From the NCBI GenBank assembly GCA_964016885.1, contig OZ024741.1, positions 217,868,001-217,932,000 on the forward strand: a DNA stretch of 64,000 bases. Reading direction: 5' to 3'. The notes beneath the pieces were generated by a model, which had not been told where the DNA came from, made no database searches, and saw only the letters and a program-made list of their open reading frames with translations. Positions 35,701-44,869 of this stretch are shown here, one piece after another (position 1 is the first letter of the stretch; every line of letters begins with the position of its first letter). The DNA comes from Eledone cirrhosa (lineage: Eukaryota). A program made the position numbers and the translations under genes.

Positions 35701-35988
35701 AGAAAATATCAACTTGCTGCACCATAACCACTCAATGTAAAATTGGAGCTAAAATACGAAAAACAGAGCACACTTGTACTGATAAAGTCATGGGTACATT
35801 ATTTTTATCTTGCAAAGCATTGAGGTTAACTTTCCCTTTCATCCTTACGGCGTCGATAAAATAAAGTACCAGTAATGCATTGGGTAATTTTTGGCCTTGT
35901 GCCTAAAGTACTAACAATTATTTTTATCTTGCACAAAACCCAACATAGAATCAGGTAGGACATCAAGATATTACATATGTTACATTAA

Positions 35989-36174
35989 CTGTCTCTACTT
36001 TAGGCACAAGGCCAGCAATCACTCAGTGCATTACTGGTACTTTATTTTATCGACCCCGTAAGGATGAAAGGCAAAGTCAACCTCGGCGGGATTTGAACTC
36101 AGATCGTAAAGGGACGTAACTATGCTGGAAAGCATGGCGTCCGACCCTCTACCGATACTGCCAATCCACCGCCT
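35989..36174 (-). mobile_element. tRNA-derived SINE with Nin/Deu-like core (family B), 14-bp TSD
   Basis: gagttcaaatcccgccgaggttgactttgcctttcatccttacggggtcgataaaataaagtaccag. Flanked by atatgttacattaa on both sides. Confidence 0.85.
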
Positions 36175-36399
36175 ATATGTTACATTAAAAATATATAGTT
36201 CCAAATATATATTTATATCATTGAGGTCACAAAATGCTTGACAAAAGAGCTTTGACAATTAAATAACCATCCGGTTAGTAAACTAAGCAAGGAATGGTTG
36301 AGTTATCTAATGAATAATAAAACTGAAGTGAAACTCAATGGTGCATATGCTTTTATTGGCTACATGACCTGTCTAAACTATAACAATATGTACGTGTAT

Positions 36400-36883
36400 A
36401 TATTGTTATACTTTGGGAGGGTCATGTTGCTAATAAGAAACACATGCACCAGTTGCTTTCACTCCAATTTATTATAAATTAAAGTATAAATTTAAAAATT
36501 TCCGGATGGTTGGTTGGTTCCACAACCGGACGGTTGTTCATATATTGTCAAAGTTCTTTCGTCACACATTCTGTGACCTCTTCAGTGACTGGGGATTCTT
36601 TTCTTTGTCCTACGCCATCTTGTTTTTGTGAACACACACAAAAACAAGATGGCGTAGGACAGAACAAAGGAGAGGCACAAAACAAAGAAAAGAATCCCCA
36701 GTCACTGAAGAGGTCACAGAATGTGTGACGAAAGAACTTTGACAATATATGAACAACCAGAAATTTATAATATATTGGAGTGAAAGCAACTGGTGCGTGT
36801 GTTTCTTATTGGCAATATGACCCTCCCAAAGTATAACAATATCGGTTTCAACACACGTTTTCAGATAAAGAATCTTGCTAAAC
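36400..36883. mobile_element. fold-back element with hammerhead-like core in each arm and a one-sided ~40-nt tail
   Basis: ~200-bp inverted arms centred near 36633. Core gtca CTGAAGA g GTCAC agaatgt GTGAC GAAA gaactt tgac at 36701-36743. Tail 36843-36883. Confidence 0.8.
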
Positions 36884-36906
36884 AAATTCAGAAACGAAAT
36901 ATATAT

Positions 36907-37228
36907 ATCATCATCATTTTACGTCCGCTTTTCCCTGGGACGGGAATTGATTCTGGCTTGATTTCTACAGCTGGATGCCCTTCCTAACACCAACCTCATT
37001 TACAGTGAGTGCTGGGTGCTTTTTTGCCGTGGCACCTCCACATCCACTTTGTAGTGGAATGATAGGGACCCCAGACCTTATCATCTCATTTCTACAGCTG
37101 AGTAAACTGGAGCAATGTGAAATAAAGTGTCCTGCTCAAGGAAACAACACATCACCCGGTCTGAGAATTGAACTCACAACCTTTCGATTGCAAGGCCAGT
37201 GCCCTAACCACTAAGCCATGTGCCTCCA
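36907..37228 (-). mobile_element. SINE family A copy
   Basis: Near identical to 43290-43633. Confidence 0.9.
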
Positions 37229-37455
37229 TATAAATACAAATAATGAATCAAAACATATCAAATATGTTTAGAATTTTGTGTTTCTCAATAAGCAAGCTCA
37301 ATAGACATTATCTAGAGCCATATTAACCAAATAAAGAGATATATCTATATATAAGAGAGAAAGAACCATATATCATATAAGAAATATATTATATTGTATA
37401 TATACCAAATACATATACCATAGAAGAATATGTACACAGCTGGAATCATAAGAGA

Positions 37456-37608
37456 AATCTTATAGTGCTATTTCATACCCGGCGAGTGTAGCTCAAAATC
37501 AATCTATGTAATTGATCATCGAAAAAAATCAATCAATATAATCGATCATCAAAGACAAACTACCGATTATAATTAAACAACAGGAGACCCAGGTACTCAT
37601 CGGGGGTT
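37456..37608 (-). ncRNA. decayed hammerhead-like motif with long stem II insertion
   Basis: CCGATGA GTACCTGG ... CCGGGTAT GAAA TAG ca CTA TA. Stem II is 8 bp with wobbles and stem III is 4 bp, but the core has U4>C and stem I is poor. Confidence 0.4.
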
Positions 37609-37944
37609 AGTAAATAAGACAATATACTTGCCAATATCCTTAGAGATGTCTAACGCAACCGTCATGCTGAAATCATGTTAAACCCAAGGTAAATAGATAT
37701 TAACAAGGTAGACATTAACTCTGCTAGAAATAGGTGCGATGGCTCTTTCTCTCTCTCTCTATATATATACATATATCTTTTTCATTTGTTACATATATAT
37801 ACGTACTGTATAGTGGTTGTGTAGGTGTTATGACAAAAAGCACCCAGTCCACACTGTAAAGTGGTCATGTTGGTGTCATGACAAACAGCACCCAACACAC
37901 AAATAGATATCAACAAGGTGGACATTAACTTCTAAAGTTATATG

Positions 37945-38405
37945 ATGCCTGTGTGAGATGTGCGATGCTACATGGTAGTGAGACATGGGCAGCAACTGCA
38001 GAGGATATGCGACGGCTGGAGAGAAATGAAGCAAGCATGCTCCGTTGGATGTGCAGTGTAAATGTGTGTGAATGACCAAGCATGGATGTGTTGAGAGAGA
38101 AATTATGTCTGAGAGGGATAAATTGTAGTGTGCGGGAGAGGAGACTGCGATGGTATGGACATGTGATGTGCATAGAGGATGACCGATGGGTAAAGAAGTG
38201 CCAAGAAATGCCAGTTGAAGGAAGACGTAGTAGAGGAAGACCACGAAAAACATGGGCAGAGGTGGTGATAGTAAACCTTAGATCGCTGAAGTTCACAGTG
38301 GAGATGACGAAGGACCGTGACAAGTGGAGAGATGCTGTGCTGAATAGGACCTGTCCCACCCTTGCAAGCAGGGAAAAGCGGACGTAAAATGATGATGATG
38401 ATGAC
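37945..38405 (+). mobile_element. 5'-truncated RTE LINE (family B) 3' end
   Basis: RRLRWYGHV...GRPRKTW...LASREKRT* immediately followed by (TGA)n. Confidence 0.93.
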
Positions 38406-38544
38406 ATGGTATGATCCTGTAACTCCTGGTAGAGTCATAGGGGCACCATTATGTCAATATGGCGTTTCTTTGTCATTTTAAGCCTGGCAGAGCCCATCCC
38501 TCTCCTAGCCTGAGTACAGCAGATTTCTTCCAGATAGAGGAAGA

Positions 38545-38705
38545 ATCGACCCCAGTACTAGACTGGTACTTTTTTTTATCAACCTCGAAAGGATGAAAGG
38601 CAAAGTTGAGCTTGGCGGGATTTGAACTCAGAGCAGAAAGCTGGAACGAATACCATAAAGCATTCTATCCGACGTGCTAACGACTCTGCCAATTCACTGC
38701 CCATG
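38545..38705 (-). mobile_element. SINE family B copy
   Basis: ggcagagtcgttagcacgtcgg...gagttcaaatcccgcc...gcctttcatcctttcg. Confidence 0.85.
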
Positions 38706-38749
38706 TATATATATATATATAAAAACCTGGGACGATTTGATAAATTCCG

Positions 38750-39255
38750 ACCTGACACACTTACACCTCTCCTAGACAATGTCACTGGACCGAGATCTTT
38801 GGCGCTATGCAGTAATACAGAAGACCCGCCTTGCCTATGTACAAAGCGAAACCTAGTCAGTAAGCACCTCTTAACCAAATGTATACCCCATCCCACTACC
38901 CCTACTCCCCCCCCCCCCCCCCCCCCACACTCCCACCAACACCACCCTTTCTCTGTAAAGTTATGTTGGTACCACAACATCCAGTCCAAAATAAATGAGG
39001 TCGTGTAGGTGTCACAACAAAAAAACACACAGTCCACGCTGTAATGTGGCCGTGTAGGTAACACGGTAAAAACCTCCCAGTCCACACTGTAAACGTGGTT
39101 GGTGTTAGGAAGGGCATCCAGCTGTAGAAAAACTGCCAGACAGTCCTATACAAGCGGGACATGGTCACCCGACCAATCTTGTGGGACAATTCTCGTCTAA
39201 ACCCATGCTAGCGTGGAAGATAGACATTAAACAATGATGATGATGATGATGATGA
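38750..39255 (+). mobile_element. 5'-truncated RTE family A copy (ORF end plus 3' UTR)
   Basis: Homologous to the reverse complement of 29496-30085; (GAT)n tail. Confidence 0.9.
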
Positions 39256-39305
39256 TATATATAATAATTAGGGAACAAAGAATCAGTCTCATATACATAT
39301 TTAAT

Positions 39306-39396
39306 CACATATTACATATGTTTCACTGCCAATCAGCTCGAGGAATGAGCGATTGTTTGTTCCTGACTCTGGAATTGAAATCTCTTCAGATATGTG
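39306..39396 (-). ncRNA. type I hammerhead ribozyme-like motif (best preserved in the window)
   Basis: CACATAT CTGAAGA [58-nt structured stem II] GAAA CATATG TA ATATGTG. Perfect 7-bp stem I, palindromic stem III (ACATATGT), GUA triplet; the base of stem II is imperfect. Confidence 0.7.
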
Positions 39397-39539
39397 TTCT
39401 CACATGTAGACTCGTGAGGTGTTCAATTTTCATTACATTTATTGAGGTGTGATGCACGTTTTGTGATTCATCAGCTCATGGTTCAATCTGTATCGATCTA
39501 GCCTGACCCTGGAATCAAAAGCTTGTTGGACTTATATAT

Positions 39540-39825
39540 CATCATTTCATCATTTCATTTTACGTCCACTTTTCCCTGCTTGCAAGGGTGGGACGGGAAC
39601 TGATTCTGGCTTGATTTCTACAGCTGGATGCCCTTCCTAACACCAACCTCATTTACAGTGAGTGCTGGGTGCTTTTTTGCCGTGGCACCTCCACGACCAC
39701 TTTGCAGTGGAATGATAGGGACCCCAGTCCCTATCATCTCATTTCTACAGCTGAGTAAACTGGAGCAATGTGAAATAAAGTGCCTTGCTCAAGGAAACAA
39801 CACATCACCCAGTCTGAGAATTGAA
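39540..39825 (-). mobile_element. SINE family A copy, truncated in the tRNA head
   Basis: Matches other copies up to ctgagaattgaa, then (TA)n. Confidence 0.9.
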
Positions 39826-39837
39826 TATATATATATG

Positions 39838-40255
39838 TGAGGTAATTCCGAAGGAAAAGCAAAGGAAAAAAGAGTGCTCTATGTATAGAACAGAGCTATT
39901 TAATTAGAAAGTAAACAACACAATATATAACTACTCCATTACCAAAGGTTTCAGGACCCTAGACAAAATTAATGTATGTCTAGATCGTTCATCAGACAGA
40001 GATGTTATCTTATGGGCTGAAACCTCGAAGTACTGCAATACCAGGTCAACCTGTGGCAAAGGCGGAGCAAGCCCCCAACTCTTTACCTATTTCCGAAAAT
40101 CAGTTTAATATCGATGATCCCATATAGGGATCGTATCAGATATTAAGCTGATAAGAACAGGTCTGATGAACGATCCAGACATATATTAATATTGTCTAGG
40201 GTCCTGAAACGTTTGGTAATGGAGTAGTTATATATTGTGTTGTTTACTTACTAAT
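39838..40255. mobile_element. fold-back element with hammerhead-like arms enclosing a U2 snRNA fragment; tail at 39838-39902
   Basis: ~95-bp inverted arms at 39903-39997 and 40161-40255, each starting gtCTGATGA-hairpin-GAAAC. Flanked by (TA)n. Confidence 0.75.
40012..40160 (-). pseudogene. U2: 5'-truncated U2 snRNA copy (about nt 40 to the 3' end)
   Basis: Minus strand reads CTGTTCTTATCAGCTTAATATCTGATAC (stem IIa), GATCCC/GGGATC stem IIb, variant Sm site GATTTTCGG, GGCTTGCTCC stem III loop, GACCTGGTATTGCAGTAC stem IV. It lacks the 5' end and branch-site-pairing GTAGTA. Confidence 0.95.
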
Positions 40256-40268
40256 ATATATATATATA

Positions 40269-40612
40269 TGGAGGCACATGGCTTAGTGGTTAGAGCATTG
40301 GCCTTGCAATTGAAAGGTTGTGAGTTCAATTCTCAGACCGGGTGATGTGTTGTTTCCTTGAGCAAGACACTTTATTTCACATTGCTCCAGTTTACTCAGC
40401 TGTAGAAATGAGATGATAGGGACCCCAGTCCATATCATTCCACTGCAAAGTGGTCGTGGAGGTGCCACGGCAAAAAAGCACCCAGCACTCACTGTAAATG
40501 AGGTTGGTGTCAGGAAGGGCATCCAGCTGTAGAAATCAAGCCAGAATCAGTTCCCGTCCCACCTTTGCAAGCAGGGAAAAGCGGACGTAAAATGATGATG
40601 ATGATGATGATG
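40269..40612 (+). mobile_element. full-length SINE family A copy
   Basis: ggaggcacatggcttagtggttagagc (A box), gagttcaattctc (B box), RTE-type terminus plus (TGA)n. Confidence 0.92.
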
Positions 40613-40626
40613 ATATATATATATAT

Positions 40627-40787
40627 ATTATAAAGAGTTGGGACCCATTGACTGAGCTCTTGCCATTTCAACAGTTTGTTCCAGACATAGTTATTGAAAC
40701 AGCAAGAGCTCAGCTGTTGGGTTCTGACCCTTTATAATATACCCATAGTCTACTACTCCAAGTATCCAGTACACTGTTGAGTAATGG

Positions 40788-40793
<6 letters not shown>
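40627..40793. repeat. decayed inverted repeat with one-sided tail between (TA)n tracts
   Basis: attataaagagttgggaccc..gagctcttgccatttcaa versus ttgaaacagcaagagctc..gggttctgaccctttataat. A related arm occurs at 33866-33912. Confidence 0.6.
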
Positions 40794-40827
<34 letters not shown>

Positions 40828-40951
40828 TTCTTGTCTTACCAATCTCTCTCTATATATATATATGCACTTCACTACTAACTTGGTCTATGATGACTCGTCC
40901 AATCATTGCATGGAAAACAGCCATTAAATAATGATATATATATATATATAT

Positions 40952-40982
<31 letters not shown>

Positions 40983-41435
40983 CAGGTACATATACATATA
41001 TATATAGATATATATGTACAGACAAACACATATATATATTTGCATGTGTGGGTGTGGTGCAGCAAATGTCATACTTATTTTTCCTCATGTGCTCACTGAC
41101 TTAAATGACTCACCACCACCACCACCACCACCACCACCACCACCACCACCACCACCACTACGATGACTACAACAACTACCATGTTTCATATTAATTGTGA
41201 AATTTCCAGGAATCTACACACGAAGTTATAAATCACCAGTGTAGTCTTATCTACCAATACATACCATCAGTGGAGTCTTATCTACCAATACATACCATAC
41301 CATCTGTGTAGTCTTATCTACCAATGCTAAGGATGTTGTCAAGGCCTTCTCCCCCAAATAAAAAATAAAACTCTAGCAGCAAGTGAATGGCTGAAACTAA
41401 TAAGAGACAAGAGAAGACATTAGAAAATATATAAT

Positions 41436-41738
41436 TTATTGAACAGGTGTGAGCGGTAAAAGTATGTCAAAGTATCCTGTACCAAACGTGGGGAGTTTAC
41501 CGGCAACTATTTGGGACGTAGGGGAACGTAGTAAGTCTTTAAAGCGATAAGAAGCAGCATTTGTCAAAACACGGTAAGCTGACTCGAAGGAAATCTGTTG
41601 GAATGGTGATGGACAGGAGTGCATACCATGTTGGTTGAAGAATATCAGTTCACCTTCAAATGCCATGTAGTCAGCGATCAAAGACAAATGGCGGTAGTCC
41701 ACTTTGATACCATAAACACCAAACACAGACTGGATTTC
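41436..41738 (-). CDS. POLR1A: RNA polymerase I largest subunit, terminal coding exon
   Basis: EIQSVFGVYGIKVDYRHLSLIADYMAFEG...SPFQQISFES...LRSPTSQIVAGKLPTFGTGYFDIL is an RPA1-type C-terminus with no CTD heptads. Acceptor ttgcag; 303 nt including TAA. Confidence 0.93.
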   Translation of the reverse strand, partial: EIQSVFGVYGIKVDYRHLSLIADYMAFEGELIFFNQHGMHSCPSPFQQISFESAYRVLTNAASYRFKDLLRSPTSQIVAGKLPTFGTGYFDILLPLTPVQ

Positions 41739-41904
41739 CTGCAAGATAAAATATTTTATACAATAAAAGGTATTTTTGTAAAACCCTTTTGTGACTGTAT
41801 TTCTAATGAAATACATTCTATTTCCAATAATACACTGTCAGAAAGAGGATAGACAAATACATCTCTGTCATAAAATGTTGTACGGGGCACAATATTTTGG
41901 CCCT

Positions 41905-42072
41905 TTAACCCTTTAGCATTTAAACCGGCCATATCCAGCCAGAATTCTCTCACCCGCTTCCGTTCAAACCAGCCATAACTGGTCACTCACATTGACGTTA
42001 AGGTATTGTTCTCAAAATAAATAACATCAAAATCTAGTAATATATAGAGTAATGTAAATGCTAAAGGATTAA
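41905..42072. mobile_element. piggyBac-like MITE
   Basis: TTAA-CCCTTTAGCATTTA ... TAAATGCTAAAGGA-TTAA termini; three related copies in the window. Confidence 0.75.
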
Positions 42073-42099
42073 ACAACAGAACTACTTGCCTCATAAGGC

Positions 42100-42130
<31 letters not shown>

Positions 42131-42131
<1 letters not shown>

Positions 42132-42833
42132 CAAATGAGATCGTGTAGGTGTCATCATCAACGTTTAACGTCCGTGTTCCACGCTTGCATGGGTTTGGAC
42201 GGGGGTAGTCCCACTTGAGGCAAGAGTGATTGTCTTGCTCGCATAGGACTGTCTGGCAGGTTTTCTACAGTTGGATGCCCTTCCTAACACCAACCACATT
42301 TACAGTGTGGGTCTGGGAGGTTTTTACCGTGTTGCCTACACGGCCACATTACAGCGTGAACTGTGTGTTTTTTTGTCGTGACACCTACACGATCTCATTT
42401 GTTTCGGCCTGGATGGCGCGGCACCAACATAACTTTACATAGAACGGGGTGGTGTGGATGGGGTGGGGGTGGTGGGACGGGGTGTATTTTGTTAGAGATG
42501 CCTACTGGCTGTAGTAGGTTTTACTATGTATTTAGGTAAGGCGGGTCTTACCTAACAACTGAGTACCGCCAAAGGTCTCGGTCCAGTGACATTGTCTTGG
42601 AGAGGTGTAAGTGTCACGACAAAAAAAACACAGTTCACGCTATAATGTGGCCGTGTAGGCAACACGGTAAAAACCTCCCAGCCCCACACTGTAAATGTGG
42701 TTGGTGTTAGGAAGGGCATCCAGCTGTAGAAAACCCGCCAGATTGTCCTATGCGAGCAAGATAATCACTCTTGCCTCAATTGGGAAATCCCCCGTCCAAA
42801 CCCATGCAAGTGTGGAACACGGACGTTAAACGT

Positions 42834-42870
<37 letters not shown>
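42131..42870. mobile_element. RTE family A 3' end (plus) interrupted by an inverted RTE family A 3' end (42154-42614, minus)
   Basis: atcgtgtaggtgtca|cgacaaaa continuity is split by the inverted copy; gtgtca occurs at both junctions. Confidence 0.85.
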
Positions 42871-43258
42871 ATAAACAAATAGTAAAAAGGAAAAAAAAAA
42901 TACAGTAGCAACTGCTACCGCCTCTGTTGGTCAACACTAGCAGAGAGCAAAAGAGAGCTTTGGACAGAAATATGAACTTTCCTCTCTAAATATGTATGTA
43001 AAAACTAATAATTTTTTTTCTCCATTTTATTATTATTCGTATAAATATGCAATTTAATTTCACTTATACACTTCCGTCGTTGAAAAAGCATATAAAGCTG
43101 AAACCGGTACACAATTAAATGTGGAAATCCCTACTTTATAAATAAATGTTTTGATATTATACTGAAAAAAATCCCTCCAGCATTTTCTACTGTATTTTTT
43201 TTCCTTTTGACTATTTGTTTATATATATCAACTCGTGTGTCACTTTTATTCATTCCAT
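42871..43258 (+). mobile_element. inverted-repeat element with decayed hammerhead-like motif and tail
   Basis: IRs at 42871-42916 and 43179-43222. Internal TTGAAAA AGC atataaa GCT GAAA CCGG TA at 43080-43109. Confidence 0.5.
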
Positions 43259-43289
43259 ATATATATATATATATATTCCATATATATAT

Positions 43290-43632
43290 ATCATTTCATC
43301 ATCATTTCATTTTACGTCCACTTCTCCCTGCTTGCAAGGGTGGGACAGGAACTGATTCTGGCTTGATTTCTACAGCTGGATGCCCTTCCTAACACCAATC
43401 TCATTTACAGTGAGTGGTGGGTGTTTTTTTGCCGTGGCACCTCCACGACCACTTTGCAGTGGAATGATATGGACCCCAGTCCCTATCATCTCATTTCTAC
43501 AGCTGAGTAAACTGGAGCAATGTGAAATAAAGTGTCTTGCTCAAGGAAACAACACATCACCCGGTCTGAGAATTGAACTCACAACCTTTCGATTGCAAGG
43601 CCAATGCTCTAACCACTAAGCCATGTGCCTCC

Positions 43633-43633
<1 letters not shown>
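43290..43633 (-). mobile_element. SINE family A copy
   Basis: Full-length match to the reverse complement of 40269-40612. Confidence 0.92.
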
Positions 43634-43671
<38 letters not shown>

Positions 43672-43706
<35 letters not shown>

Positions 43707-44337
43707 TTTACGTCCGCTTTTCCCTGCTTGCAAGGGTGGGACGGGTCTTATTCAGCACAGCATCTCTCCACTCGTCACGGTCCCTCGTCATCTCCACCGT
43801 GAGCTTCAATGATCTGAGGTCTGTTCTCACCACCTCCGCCCATGTTTTTCGTGGTCTACCTCTACTACGTCTTCCTTCAACTGGCATTTCCTGGCACTTC
43901 TTCACCCATCCGTCATCCTCCATGCGCATCACATGTCCATACCACCTCAGTCTCCTCTCCCGTACACTACATTCTATCCCTCTCAGACACAGTTTCTCTC
44001 TCAACACATTTATGCTGGGTCGTTCACGTACATTTACACTGCACATCCAACGGAGCATGCTTGCCTCATTTCTCTCCAGCCGTCGCATATCTTCTGCGGT
44101 AGCTGCCCATGTCTCACTACCATGCAGATTCGCGCTCCTCACACAGGCATCATACAACCGGCCTTTCGTACGCAGGGAGAAACCCTTCTTCGTCAACAGA
44201 GGAAGCAGCTCCCTAAACTTCTTCCAACCCGTCCTTATTCTAGATACTATGGCCTCGGAACACCCTCCGCCCATGCTAATCTGATCTCCTAGGTACCGGA
44301 AGCTATCCACCACTTCTATAGCGCCCTCTCGCATTTG

Positions 44338-44338
<1 letters not shown>
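43672..44338 (-). mobile_element. 5'-truncated RTE LINE (family B)
   Basis: Open frame from DSFRYLGD to LASREKRT*, then (GAT)n. Confidence 0.95.
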
Positions 44339-44339
<1 letters not shown>

Positions 44340-44379
<40 letters not shown>

Positions 44380-44558
44380 CATATATATATATATATTCCA
44401 TATATATATATATATATTCCACATATATATATATATATTCCACATTTATATATATATATTCCACATATATATATATATTCCACATATATATATATATATA
44501 TATATATATTCCATATATATATATATATATATTCCATATATATATATATATATATATA

Positions 44559-44635
<77 letters not shown>
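44340..44635. repeat. (TA)n microsatellite punctuated by TTCCA(CA)
   Basis: Directly visible. Confidence 0.95.
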
Positions 44636-44636
<1 letters not shown>

Positions 44637-44869
44637 TTAAAGGTTGTTAAGACGGGATTATTTTACCGTAATTCATATATATGTGCATACACCCCCCCCC
44701 CCCACACACACACATATATATATATAAAATAGTAATGAGTATAATCGAAGTTGCAGCTGAAAGTAGCAGATTCACACCCGATTTTCGAAGGCTGTCACAA
44801 AGCACTCTGTGAGAGAGTAATTAATTAATATATATATATATACATGAAACCCATGGACGTTAATAATGA

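Noticed and set aside
40012-40160. Functional U2 snRNA gene
   Set aside because: Lacks the first ~39 nt including the branch-site and U6-pairing regions, has an altered Sm site, and has no upstream promoter context.
40269-40345. tRNA gene
   Set aside because: It is the head of a multi-copy SINE and continues directly into the SINE body.
41436-41816. ORF-track start at 41816, and RPB1/RPC1 identity
   Set aside because: The first 26 codons are intronic (acceptor at 41739-41740). The VFGVYGI.VD.RHLSL.ADYM motif, upstream acidic loop and lack of a CTD point to RPA1.
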